From Candidatus Latescibacterota bacterium (GTDB taxonomy: Bacteria > Latescibacterota > UBA2968 > UBA8231), in contig OY730476.1 in the NCBI GenBank assembly GCA_963422735.1, positions 2,240,001 through 2,304,000 on the forward strand: 64,000 bases of DNA, in the 5' to 3' direction. The notes beneath the pieces are model-generated. The model saw only the letters and a list, made by a program, of their open reading frames with translations. It was not told the origin of the DNA and made no database searches. Numbering within the stretch: position 1 is the first letter of the stretch; each line of letters starts with the position of its first letter. This document shows positions 29,454 through 39,119 of the stretch, in pieces. Position numbers and translations under genes: made by a program.

Positions 29454-30461
29454 ATGCCCGCGCTCACATCCCACCAACTCGACCACTTTGCCAGCGAAGG
29501 CTACGTCGTCGTCAAAGGCGTCCTCGATCCGGTCACCACCTTGGACCCGGTCATCGACGAATACGCCACCGTTCTCGACAGCTTGGCCGACGCGCTCTAC
29601 GCTCAGGGCGAAATTACCTCGCGCTACGAAGATCTCGAGTTTGGCGACCGCTACATCCAAATTTGCGTTGAAACCGGCCGCGTCCACAGCCAGTACTTCG
29701 ACTTCTCACTGCCCTTTCAAAACGTCCAGCCCAACACCCCCTTCTGGGCCGGGCCGGCCGTCTTCCGCGCCTTCACAGACCCGAACCTACTCAATGTCGT
29801 CGAGTCGCTGATTGGACCGGAAATCTACTCCAACCCGGTCCAGCACGTGCGCATCAAGCCGCCCGAGCACTACCTGCCCAAAAATCAGTTCGGCAACCCC
29901 ATTCTCGGCGCTACTCAGTGGCACCAAGACCACGGCGTCGTAACCAAGGAAGCGGATGACACGCAGATGCTGACCGTGTGGTTCTCGCTCCAAGACACCC
30001 CCATCGAGAAGGGGCCGCTGATGGTCGCGCCCGGCTCGCACAAAAGCGGCCTTTTGCCCCACTGCCCCAACTACATGGACAACGCGCCGCAATTCGCAGG
30101 TGCGGCCCAAGTCCCGGAAAAGCTCTTCGCCGCCGATCGGGCCATTCCCCTGCCGGTCGAGCGCGGCGACGTCATCTGCGTCCACAAGCAGACCGTCCAC
30201 GGCTCCTATCCCAACGCCAGCGACGAGGTCCGTTGGAGCTTTGACCTGCGCTACAATCCCACCGACCAGCCCACCGGGCGCATCGCCTTCCCCGGGTTTG
30301 TGGCGCGCAGCCGCCGCGATCCAGATAGCGAGCTACGCGACCCAGCCGAGTGGCACCGGCTATGGCTGGAGGCGCGGGCCAAAATGTCCGCTATCAATCA
30401 AGGCGACCAGATCGACGTCCCCTTCCGCCGCGCGCAGATGGCGCACCCTCTGTGCGCCTAG
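29454..30461 (+). CDS. Phytanoyl-CoA dioxygenase (PhyH)-family Fe(II)/2OG oxygenase
   Basis: FASEGYVVVK, WHQD, PGSHK, HGS..N.S..VRWSFDLRY; RBS GGAGG. Confidence 0.92.
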   Translation: MPALTSHQLDHFASEGYVVVKGVLDPVTTLDPVIDEYATVLDSLADALYAQGEITSRYEDLEFGDRYIQICVETGRVHSQYFDFSLPFQNVQPNTPFWAGPAVFRAFTDPNLLNVVESLIGPEIYSNPVQHVRIKPPEHYLPKNQFGNPILGATQWHQDHGVVTKEADDTQMLTVWFSLQDTPIEKGPLMVAPGSHKSGLLPHCPNYMDNAPQFAGAAQVPEKLFAADRAIPLPVERGDVICVHKQTVHGSYPNASDEVRWSFDLRYNPTDQPTGRIAFPGFVARSRRDPDSELRDPAEWHRLWLEARAKMSAINQGDQIDVPFRRAQMAHPLCA

Positions 30462-30466
30462 ACGCC

Positions 30467-31495
30467 ATGCAGCCATTCGACCGCTACGCCGACCTGCTCA
30501 CCTATATCCAAGACAACGGCTACACCCCGCAAATCCTCGGCCGCGCGCCCGACGGACAACCCATTGTCGCGGTCAAAAGCGGCGGTGCCAAAACACCGGC
30601 AATCTTCATCAGTGCCGGCAGCCACTCCACCGAACAGGCCGGCGTCAGCGCGGCCGGTGCCCTCATCGACGAGATAGAGACCGAGCACCAGCTCTACACT
30701 ATTCCCAGTCGCGACCCCATCGGCATGAATGGCCTCGCCTACGCGCTCGGCCTGAGTCTAGATGCAGCCCCGAACCTCGGCGACCTTGACGACATTGCTC
30801 CCTTGCTCAGAAAGCGCGGTAAAATTCTCTATGACGAAGGCGAAACCGCGGTTGCCCTCATCGGCGAGTATGGCTACGCGACGAGCAACCTGTACAACCA
30901 TCCAGTAGGGGATTGGCTCGAAGCACTCAAAGGCCGTCGACTCTACTTCCCCGCCAGCAATCCCGGCGTCGAGCGTGCGTACACGCTGGTGATTACCCCG
31001 GCCGGTGAAGTCCTCCATCTCAACCGCTTCCACGACACGCCTTGGGCACCTGTCGAGCCGCGTTGCACCCGCGACCTGATGGCCGCCATACGGCCCGGCT
31101 TGACGCTGGACCTCCACGAGCACGGGGGCGACTTCTTTTGGTTTTCGGCGCGGCAGCAGCGCACCCCCAGCGACCAGCAGTGGGAGGAGGCCATGGCCAG
31201 CGAGATGATCGCTGCGGTCGCGGCCTCTGGCGTGGCCCTCGCCCCGAGCGATTACTTGCCCGGGTCTTTTTTCACCAAAGGGCCGCGCAGCGTCTTCTGG
31301 CTCAACCCCCAACAGCGCGGCGAGGGCCTCAACCTCGCCGACTTTGCCGCGCACACCTACGGCTTGGCCTTCACCATTGAGACCGGCATGGAGCGGCCCT
31401 TTGCCGAGCGGGTCCACACCGCAAAGATCGCCGTGCAAAAGGCCGTCGAGGTCTTTGAGAGACGCCACGCCGGATGCCCGTCGGCCACGCCCTAA
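30467..31495 (+). CDS. M14-like zinc carboxypeptidase/deacylase
   Basis: AGSHSTE (HxxE), LNRF, LDLHE, FTIE motifs. Confidence 0.75.
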   Translation: MQPFDRYADLLTYIQDNGYTPQILGRAPDGQPIVAVKSGGAKTPAIFISAGSHSTEQAGVSAAGALIDEIETEHQLYTIPSRDPIGMNGLAYALGLSLDAAPNLGDLDDIAPLLRKRGKILYDEGETAVALIGEYGYATSNLYNHPVGDWLEALKGRRLYFPASNPGVERAYTLVITPAGEVLHLNRFHDTPWAPVEPRCTRDLMAAIRPGLTLDLHEHGGDFFWFSARQQRTPSDQQWEEAMASEMIAAVAASGVALAPSDYLPGSFFTKGPRSVFWLNPQQRGEGLNLADFAAHTYGLAFTIETGMERPFAERVHTAKIAVQKAVEVFERRHAGCPSATP

Positions 31496-32718
31496 GCCGC
31501 TTTCGGCTGCGGGAATTTAACCGCAATGTCCGGCTGTTTTTTGCTTTCGGCACCTCGATCAACGCCGGCATGGCGCTCTTTTCCCTGCTGTACAATCTCT
31601 ATCTACTGCGCCTGAGCTACCAAGAGGACTTCATCGGCCAAGTCGCCAGCATGGCACCGTTGGCGACCGGCTTGTTAGCACTGCCCACCGGCATCCTGAG
31701 CGACCGCCTCGGCCGCAAGCCCTTCCTCATAGCCTCGGGTCTGCTGCTAGCCATCTCCCAGTTGGGCCTATGCTTGACCACATCGCCGGGTGCGCTGCTG
31801 GCGTTCTCGTTTGTCGGCGGCGTGGCCATGGCCTTCGTCTGGGTCAACCACGTCCCCTTCCTCTCGGACAACGCCCACCCAGCGCGTCGCGCCGAAGCCC
31901 TCGCCATCTGGTCGGCTCTGCAAATAATCGTCCGCATGCTTTTGAGCCTAGTCGGCGGCTTCATGCCCGGAGTCATGGGCTACTTCCTCGGCCTTTCCAC
32001 CGAGGCCCCTGCGCCCTTCCGCTACGCGCTGTTTTTCGGCGCGGCTTGTTCGCTCATAGCCGTCGTGCCGCTGTTGTACGCATCCGGTCCGGGTCGCCGC
32101 GAAAGAGCACCCGCACCGACCCGGTCGCCGGACGACAACGAGCCAGCAGCCTCGCCGTGGCGCGTCTTTGCCGCCATTGCCGCCTTGAGTGGTACGCGCG
32201 GCTTCTCCATGGGGCTGACGTATCCGTTTTTCAACGTATTCTTCGAGGCCGAGTTGGGCGTCGGTCCGGCTGCAATCGGCGTGATTTTCTTCCTCAGCCA
32301 ACTCGCCGGTCTGCCAGCGACCTTCGCCGCACCGGCACTGATGCGCCGCTTCGGGCCGACGCTGGCCATCCTCCCGGCCCGCACTGTGGGCGGTAGTGCA
32401 CTCGGGATCATGGGGGCCTTTATCAGCCTGCCGTTGGCCGTGCCCATGTTCCTGCTCGTGCGCATCGGCGAAGTCATTGACAACCCGTCCGACCAGCACT
32501 TCTCCACCCAAGTGCTGCCCCGGCGTTACTGGGCGCGGATCCAAGGTCTCCGCGTGTGCGGCTTCCAGCTTTTGAGCTTCCTCGGCAGCCTCGTAGGCGG
32601 TACGCTCATCCTCGACTATGGCTACGGGGCCGCCTTTGGACTAGCCTGCGCGTCGCGGATTGCGAGCGGCCTGATCATGGCGGCTTTTTTCGGGCTGCGG
32701 CCAACGCGCCCCTTATAG
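31474..32718 (+). CDS. MFS transporter
   Basis: About 12 hydrophobic segments; GILSDRLGRK motif A. Confidence 0.92.
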   Translation: MPVGHALSRFRLREFNRNVRLFFAFGTSINAGMALFSLLYNLYLLRLSYQEDFIGQVASMAPLATGLLALPTGILSDRLGRKPFLIASGLLLAISQLGLCLTTSPGALLAFSFVGGVAMAFVWVNHVPFLSDNAHPARRAEALAIWSALQIIVRMLLSLVGGFMPGVMGYFLGLSTEAPAPFRYALFFGAACSLIAVVPLLYASGPGRRERAPAPTRSPDDNEPAASPWRVFAAIAALSGTRGFSMGLTYPFFNVFFEAELGVGPAAIGVIFFLSQLAGLPATFAAPALMRRFGPTLAILPARTVGGSALGIMGAFISLPLAVPMFLLVRIGEVIDNPSDQHFSTQVLPRRYWARIQGLRVCGFQLLSFLGSLVGGTLILDYGYGAAFGLACASRIASGLIMAAFFGLRPTRPL

Positions 32719-32807
32719 GAGCGCGCTATTGCCAATCTAATCACCCCAACTCGCTGGAGTGCTTCCCGACCGACGAATTTCCTGTTGACAAGGACGCTCA
32801 GCCCTGA

Positions 32808-32870
32808 TAGTGGTTAGTGATTAGTTCTCATATCTCGCCCGGGTTGGGGCCACTGGCCACTAACCTCTGA
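32808..32870. repeat. Heptamer palindromic element
   Basis: tagtggt tagtgat tag ... cactggc cactaac. Confidence 0.65.
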
Positions 32871-32896
32871 TATAAAATTCCCCAAAGAGGTCCCCT

Positions 32897-34864
32897 ATGC
32901 GACATGAGTTTGCTCTTGCATTAATGCTAAGCGGTCTGTCGGCGCGCTCATGGGCGGTAGATGAGTTTCGCCTCGGCGGCACAAAGCCGTGGGCGGCGTG
33001 GACCGGGCAGCAGCAAATGATGGACGACGCTACCGACCCGTCCGCACTCCAGCCGCGCGAGCTCAAACCCGGCGAAAACTTGCTCCCCCAATTAGGGCCT
33101 TGGTATCGCTGGCGATCCCCCGGAGAATCCACCTATCGCTTAGGCGATGTCCGCATCTGGCGCGGGATCAACTACCTCCGCCCACGCGCCGAGCCACGCG
33201 ACTTCGTCGATGGCGACCCCACAACCTTTTTCTCCGCCCAAAATTTTTCCGATCCCAACGAGTTCTATACTATCGATCTGGGCGTACCGGTACCAGTAGA
33301 GCGTTTCGCCTTCTACCCGCCGGAGGGCAAAGACGCCCTTACTCAAGAGCCGTACCGTCCCAACTTCGCCTTTAAAAAATACGAACTCTCGGGTAGCCTC
33401 GACGCGGTGGGGATAGAAGCAGAAGATGGAGTCGCCTACCGTCCGCTGGACATCGTGCTGGCCAGTGTAGATTTGAACATCGAGGCCGTAGTAAACATCG
33501 ATTTCCGTCTGCAGTACTTGCGTTTTTTTCGCATCTACTTTTTCCCCGACAAGAGTGGGCGGTTCTACTTCAGATTCGCCTTAGCCGAGTTTGAAGTGTC
33601 CGGCCGAGGATTCCCACCGCGGGCTGTGTGGACGTCGCAAGTAATCGATTTAGGCCAAGAGGTCAATATCGGGCGCGTACGCTTTGGCGCGAGTAAGTGG
33701 CGGCGCGAAGGCGACCAAATCGCAGCCGCGCCCGACGCGTCAACATCCGCGCAAGTAGAAATCAAGACCGGCCTAGATACCACCCCCACCGGCTACCACG
33801 GGTACGACGACATCGGCCAACTCGTGGAAGTAACGCAAAGCGCATACGAACGGCTCAAGCAGCGCATCTGGCCCTGGGATCCCCCGGCCGTGGGCTGGCG
33901 CGGCCCCATTTTCGACGACGCGGACAACTGGAGCTTTTGGTCGCCGCCGCTGCGCCATTCCGGCGAGTTGCCCCGAGTGCCGAGCGGGCGTTACCTACAA
34001 GTACGCCTGACGCTAACGACCGAAGCGCTGTGGGATTTTACGCGCTTGGATTCGCTGGCGATTGCGTATTCTCCGCTGCTGGCCGAGCGGGTGTTAGGCG
34101 AGGTAGCCGCGGCCGGCGACCTGCAGCCCATAGGCCATATCGCCGAGGTGCCGGCCGGGCAAACGATCGAGTTGGTCTGCGACCTGCGGGCCGAGTTCGC
34201 GGCGGAGCAAGCCGGTTTTGACGCGGTGCGCCTGACCCTGCCCGGGGCGGGTGCCCTGCTCGGCTTGGAGATGGGCGATCCCCTGCAGGCGGTGGCTGCC
34301 GACAGCACAGTCGCCGAACCCGAGGGTCTAGCGATCTACCTACCCGAACCCATCCGCGACGGGGGCGCGCAAACGCTGCGCTTGCACTTGGAAACCGTCA
34401 TGTACACGGCTTCGGGTGCTGTGCAAGCCGAGGTATTCACGCGCACTGGACAGAGCCTACCGCAGCAGGTGGAAGGGGGCGACGCCAGCGACGCCTTAGG
34501 CACAGATCAACTGCACATGGTCGCCATCGGGCGAGCATTGGATGAGGTATTGGGTGAGGTAGAGGTGCTGCCGACCGCGTTCACCCCGCAGGGCGACAGC
34601 ATCAACGACCACGTAGCGATCCAGTACACCTTGTTCCGCTTGCTAGCGGCCGCCGAGGTAGAGTTGGAAATCTACGCGCTCGACGGGCGCTCCACGTGGC
34701 GGCAAGCCCTCGGTGCACGGCTCAGCGGCCGCCATCAAGCGATGTGGAACGGGCGCGACGAGAAAGAACAACTCGTCGCACCCGGGATATACGTCGTGCA
34801 GGTGCGCGCCAAAACGGACCAAGGGCAATGGGCGCAGGAACGCAGCCTCGCAGTGGTCTATTAA
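32897..34864 (+). CDS. Exported discoidin-like/FlgD-Ig domain protein, subtype B (paralog 2)
   Basis: Signal peptide; IDLGVPVPVERFAFYP; EFEVSGRGFP; NWSFWS; YSPLLAE..GEV; FTPQGDSIND; WNGRD..VAPGIY; ends VVY. Confidence 0.85.
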   Translation: MRHEFALALMLSGLSARSWAVDEFRLGGTKPWAAWTGQQQMMDDATDPSALQPRELKPGENLLPQLGPWYRWRSPGESTYRLGDVRIWRGINYLRPRAEPRDFVDGDPTTFFSAQNFSDPNEFYTIDLGVPVPVERFAFYPPEGKDALTQEPYRPNFAFKKYELSGSLDAVGIEAEDGVAYRPLDIVLASVDLNIEAVVNIDFRLQYLRFFRIYFFPDKSGRFYFRFALAEFEVSGRGFPPRAVWTSQVIDLGQEVNIGRVRFGASKWRREGDQIAAAPDASTSAQVEIKTGLDTTPTGYHGYDDIGQLVEVTQSAYERLKQRIWPWDPPAVGWRGPIFDDADNWSFWSPPLRHSGELPRVPSGRYLQVRLTLTTEALWDFTRLDSLAIAYSPLLAERVLGEVAAAGDLQPIGHIAEVPAGQTIELVCDLRAEFAAEQAGFDAVRLTLPGAGALLGLEMGDPLQAVAADSTVAEPEGLAIYLPEPIRDGGAQTLRLHLETVMYTASGAVQAEVFTRTGQSLPQQVEGGDASDALGTDQLHMVAIGRALDEVLGEVEVLPTAFTPQGDSINDHVAIQYTLFRLLAAAEVELEIYALDGRSTWRQALGARLSGRHQAMWNGRDEKEQLVAPGIYVVQVRAKTDQGQWAQERSLAVVY

Positions 34865-34890
34865 AAAAGCCCCTGAAAAATCAGGGGCTT
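34862..34890. terminator. Intrinsic terminator between convergent units (T-run on minus strand)
   Basis: aagcccctga-aaaa-tcaggggctt perfect hairpin with an A-run on the left. Confidence 0.8.
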
Positions 34891-34896
34891 AGAAGA

Positions 34897-34973
34897 TGGT
34901 GGGCGATCCCAGACTCGAACTGGGGACATCCTGCTTGTAAGGCAGGCGCTCTGACCAACTGAGCTAACCGCCC
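34897..34973 (-). tRNA. tRNA-Val (TAC)
   Basis: GGGCGGTTAGCTCAGTTGGTCAGAGCGCCTGCCTTACAAGCAGGATGTCCCCAGTTCGAGTCTGGGATCGCCCACCA; cloverleaf, TTCGA, encoded CCA. Confidence 0.97.
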
Positions 34974-35026
34974 GGTCTCTAAGCATAGCCATTTCGGCCC
35001 TTGTCTGCAAAGCGAGCACCGTCCAT

Positions 35027-36418
35027 TTACTGCTCATCAGCCGCGGCGATTTGTTCATACCGGGCCATGGCCGCCCCCGCTTCGGTGTGCAGGCCCTGTT
35101 CCCTGTAGGCCATAGCAATCCCGTAATACGCATCGGCATAGTCCGGGCGAATCCGCAGCGCGTGTCGGTAGCACTCCAGCGCCTGATGCGGTTGGCCATT
35201 GAGGAGCTGGGCACCCCCCAAATTGTTGTAGGCCAGCGCGTACGCCGTGTCGATGCGGACGGCGACTTCGTACATTGCAATGGCTTCTCCGGTATCTCCT
35301 AGGCGCAAATGCGCGTTGCCTAAATTGTTGTAGGCGGGCGCGTAATCCGGCCGCACGGCGAGACAGCTTCTCAGGGCGCTGATTGCCTCGGAGGGCATAT
35401 TCAGTTTGGCGTAAATCCCGGCCAAGGCGTAATGGGCCAGCGCGCCATCCGGCTCTCGCCGCAGTCGGTCTCTGAGCTGGGCTAGGCCTGCGGCATGGGG
35501 CTTCAGCTTTGCAAAGCGGCCCAAGTACTGTTGGGCTTCCTCGCGCCTTCCCTGTCTGGCATAGAGCGTACCGAGCCTGAAATACGTTTGCGCCCGCACC
35601 GGGTCCAGTGCGATGGCGCGCAGATAATGCGCCTCGGCCAACCCCTCGGTGCGCCGTCTCTCCCCGGCCAACCCCAAGCCTAAATGAGCTTGGGCCGCGC
35701 TCGGATCGAGCGCGAGGGCCGCGCCAAAAGCCGTCGCGGCCGCATCGATTTGGCCGGCTTTTAACAGGGCGTGGCCCAGCCCTATGTGCGCCCTCGGCCA
35801 GTCCGCTCGCAGCGCCACCGCCCGGTCAAACGCCGCGATAGCCTCTTGGTACTCGCCGAGGCGCTCGGCGTAGATCTGACCTAAGGCGTAAAATGCCAGA
35901 CCGTAATTAGCATCCATGCGGGTGGCCTGCCGCAGGGCTGTAACCGCCTCGTAGTAAGCCGTGAGCTTAACGTAGGCCAAACCGAGGTTATAGAACGCCC
36001 CGGCATTGTCGGGCTCGAGCGCCAGCGCCTGCCGATACAAATCGCGGCTGCGGACGTACTTCTCCTGTTCCAAGGCCAAACTGGCCAAGCTGCACAACGC
36101 ACCTACGTGCTCATCATCCAGCGAAAGCGCCCTGAGAAAATGGCTTTCGGCCTGTTCGTATAGTCCCTGTTTGCAGGAGATATTCCCCAGCCCGACCCAA
36201 GCGTCTGCAGTGAGCGGACGGATGCTTAGGGCCTGGCGGTAGTGGTGCTCGGCCCCTTGGTAGTCGCGCTCGCGCAAGAGCAAATCGGCCAGTTTCCAAT
36301 GGGCTTCGGCATCCTGCGGATGGCGGTGCAGCCACGCTTGGTAGCCGGTCTTGGTCGTGGGGAGACGCTCGCACGCGACCAGCGCGGCCAGCACTATCCC
36401 CAAGAGGACACCGTTCAT
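35027..36418 (-). CDS. Tetratricopeptide-repeat protein, probable lipoprotein
   Basis: Lipobox-like ALVAC; about 11 TPRs (AFYNLGLAY, AYNNLGNAH, AYNNLGGA). Confidence 0.88.
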   Translation of the reverse strand: MNGVLLGIVLAALVACERLPTTKTGYQAWLHRHPQDAEAHWKLADLLLRERDYQGAEHHYRQALSIRPLTADAWVGLGNISCKQGLYEQAESHFLRALSLDDEHVGALCSLASLALEQEKYVRSRDLYRQALALEPDNAGAFYNLGLAYVKLTAYYEAVTALRQATRMDANYGLAFYALGQIYAERLGEYQEAIAAFDRAVALRADWPRAHIGLGHALLKAGQIDAAATAFGAALALDPSAAQAHLGLGLAGERRRTEGLAEAHYLRAIALDPVRAQTYFRLGTLYARQGRREEAQQYLGRFAKLKPHAAGLAQLRDRLRREPDGALAHYALAGIYAKLNMPSEAISALRSCLAVRPDYAPAYNNLGNAHLRLGDTGEAIAMYEVAVRIDTAYALAYNNLGGAQLLNGQPHQALECYRHALRIRPDYADAYYGIAMAYREQGLHTEAGAAMARYEQIAAADEQ

Positions 36419-36425
36419 CGTCCTG

Positions 36426-39062
36426 TTAGCGCAGCCCAGCGAAGATGGTTACAAACGTGAGGAAATTGGTCTCATCGCCTTGTTGCAACGCCCGGCGTTG
36501 CCAGCGCACACCGATCTTGGTAGAAAGTGCGTAGCCCTGATACTCGGAGCTATTGGTGAACTGAGTGGCCAAGGTCAGGGTAGTGAAATCCTCGACAAAG
36601 GCCGGCGGCAGCGGATCTGGCTTTTGTCGTAGGTTCCTAAAGACCTCCCACTCGATCCCCGACTCCGAGACGACTTGGCCGGGTATGAGATCGTACGTAC
36701 CGATTAAGAAAAAAATCTCCGACAGCTCATTGCGTTGCAGTGCCAAGGGATCCGTCGGGACTTGACGGGCGTACTGCTGCTTCCACTTGGGCGAAATGGC
36801 GATCCCGGCGAACGGCTCGTAGAAGTACTCCGCTCTCAGTATTACACCTAAGAAACTCTCGTCGCGATTTTCCCGGGACTGATTCCTGTGCTGAAAATAA
36901 TGGTCCCATTTGACTTTACCAGACACGTTCAGCGGCCGCAGGCGATGGATGGCAAAATCTAGGTACGAAGTGTTGATCATCGCGTTCTGGGCTATCAGGC
37001 GGTCCTGCACATCCTGCAGGCTCCCTGCCGAAAAGGGAGACTGGACCCACTGAATCAGCGCGTCGGGAATATCGTCGCGGGCGAAGCGCAAAAATTCCAT
37101 AAAGCGAAACTTAAAACCGCGCAATGGTAGGTCTTCCTGCCAAGTGAAAAGCCCATAGCTCGTCTGGTTCCGCCGCGCACTACCGATCAACCACTCGCGT
37201 AGATGCCCAACCACGACCTTGGAACCGGGCTGCATCTCAGCCCCCAAGTAGAGGTTGTAGCCCCGGTGGTCGCGCTTGTAGGGATAATCGGGTTCGGTAT
37301 CGTTTTCGAGGCGGTCTATGACGGTATTATTGTTCATGTCGGTGCCGAAGAGAAATTCGGGCGGATCGACATTGTAGCGCAGAAAGGGTTCGACGTAATC
37401 GGGCTGCAAATTGTCGTTCTGGTTAAAGTCGTTAACCAAGTCGTTGTTCTCGTCGAGACCGGGGAACACCTCGACATCGGCGGCGCGGGTCGTCTGCTGC
37501 CCCGGCACAAAACCACCCCCGGTAACGCGCCGACGCCAGTCGGGAAAGCGGTCTTGGTCGTCGTTGTCGTCGACAAACTCATAGGTGAAGTTAAGCTCAT
37601 CCTCGTAGTCAATAAAACCGCGCTGGTCGGGAATTACCATGGATGTGCCGTAGTTCGGATCCATGGAGAAGATCTCGCCATAGGCGAACCAAGGATAGGT
37701 CAACCGCGAGGCGGTAACGTAAAAAGCTTCGGCGCGGTCGGACGCTAGGGCCTGCCTCTTGACGATATTCTGGTTGGGGAACTTGCGGTGGTGGCGGTTG
37801 ACGTTGAATTCGGAGCGGAGATTGAATCCGGCAAGCTCGGAGACTTCAAAAGTAAAACCCATGATTTCGTTGGCCGTAGGCAGGCCGTACTGGAAGCGGA
37901 CGACCTGCTGGTTGGAGCCATCGCTGATATTGCCGTTGCTCCGCTTGACCGGCCGGAAGACCGTCTCGCCCGTGAAATTGGTCTGCATATTGGAGGTTAC
38001 TTCTATGCGAAAATCATTGGCCACCACCAGTTCGATATCGATCTTGCGGGCTTCTTTGAAATCGCTGATCTGGTCCTTTACGCCCGGGACGAAATCGCGT
38101 TCGACATCGTAACTGAGCCTCAGCACGTCGCCGCCGTTGGCCTCGAGCAAGCCCTGACGCCGCGTCCCTCCGTCAATCGAAGGTTTTATTTCTGGGTGCT
38201 CGACCTCGTCGATGAATATCCGTGCGCGGAACAGCAGCGCACCTCCGGTGTTGTCTTCGGGCGAATCGTCGCTGAGGCGGACGACGATGCGGCGGACGTT
38301 TTCCGCATTCAGGCGCCCTCCTAAGACACCCTTGAGGGAATTCTCCTCGACGCTCAAGCGGCTGTTCCCGTGGTTGGCATTGACGTACGTCAAGCCCAGC
38401 GTGGCGAAATCGCCGACTTGGGCGACTCCTCGCAATCCATACAAATTGGTGAAGACCGTCTCTCTGGCTTCGGAGATCTCGCTGTCGAGACGCTGGACAG
38501 CCGGATTGTCGATGCGCGAGGTAATGAAGGTCAAGGCGTATTTGTCGGACTGCATATCCCACTGAATACCGTCGAAGAGAGGTTTCGAGAAGGTCAGTGG
38601 CGTAAGCGTGGTCCGTAGCTGTTCGCCGACGGTCAACGCGGTGTAGAATTGCCCTTTGGAAGCCGAGGATATCAGGACTCGGTTGAACCAACTATTGAAT
38701 CGGGGATTTTTGAAAATGCTGCTGCCGAAATCGAGCGGGTGTTCCTGGCGCCAGTCGTAGATGCGCCAACCACGAGTGATATAGTTGCCGTACAGGTCGT
38801 AATAGCGATCGCCTTCCAAGAAGAGATTGACGTAGCGCTGGTAGTTGTCCCGGGCGTAGTTAGTGTACTCGTAGGTCTTCCATCCATAGAGATAAAGCAG
38901 CGTCTGGGGCACGTACCATTTCCGCATAACCGGATTTAGTGACTCAAAATCGACGGGCGTTCCCGTCGCTCTATACGGATTGAAGAACCCGCTCTGCAAA
39001 TCGGCCTTGAGTTTTAGTGGCAAGAGGGCGAGAAAGGCAAAGGACCAAATGGCTTTATTCAT
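36426..39062 (-). CDS. Large hypothetical exported protein, predicted outer-membrane beta-barrel with Ca-binding-like loops
   Basis: Signal peptide from MNKAIW; many amphipathic strands; DDNDDQD, DENND, DMNNN motifs; ends FLTFVTIFAGLR. Confidence 0.7.
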   Translation of the reverse strand: MNKAIWSFAFLALLPLKLKADLQSGFFNPYRATGTPVDFESLNPVMRKWYVPQTLLYLYGWKTYEYTNYARDNYQRYVNLFLEGDRYYDLYGNYITRGWRIYDWRQEHPLDFGSSIFKNPRFNSWFNRVLISSASKGQFYTALTVGEQLRTTLTPLTFSKPLFDGIQWDMQSDKYALTFITSRIDNPAVQRLDSEISEARETVFTNLYGLRGVAQVGDFATLGLTYVNANHGNSRLSVEENSLKGVLGGRLNAENVRRIVVRLSDDSPEDNTGGALLFRARIFIDEVEHPEIKPSIDGGTRRQGLLEANGGDVLRLSYDVERDFVPGVKDQISDFKEARKIDIELVVANDFRIEVTSNMQTNFTGETVFRPVKRSNGNISDGSNQQVVRFQYGLPTANEIMGFTFEVSELAGFNLRSEFNVNRHHRKFPNQNIVKRQALASDRAEAFYVTASRLTYPWFAYGEIFSMDPNYGTSMVIPDQRGFIDYEDELNFTYEFVDDNDDQDRFPDWRRRVTGGGFVPGQQTTRAADVEVFPGLDENNDLVNDFNQNDNLQPDYVEPFLRYNVDPPEFLFGTDMNNNTVIDRLENDTEPDYPYKRDHRGYNLYLGAEMQPGSKVVVGHLREWLIGSARRNQTSYGLFTWQEDLPLRGFKFRFMEFLRFARDDIPDALIQWVQSPFSAGSLQDVQDRLIAQNAMINTSYLDFAIHRLRPLNVSGKVKWDHYFQHRNQSRENRDESFLGVILRAEYFYEPFAGIAISPKWKQQYARQVPTDPLALQRNELSEIFFLIGTYDLIPGQVVSESGIEWEVFRNLRQKPDPLPPAFVEDFTTLTLATQFTNSSEYQGYALSTKIGVRWQRRALQQGDETNFLTFVTIFAGLR

Positions 39063-39119
39063 CGCGCTAGTTTCCCATCTCGATAGCGGCTTTGCATCGT
39101 GCATCAATCCACTGCCCGA

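Noticed and set aside
34897-34973. tRNA-anchored integrative element or prophage
   Set aside because: No integrase and no duplicated tRNA 3' end seen in the window.
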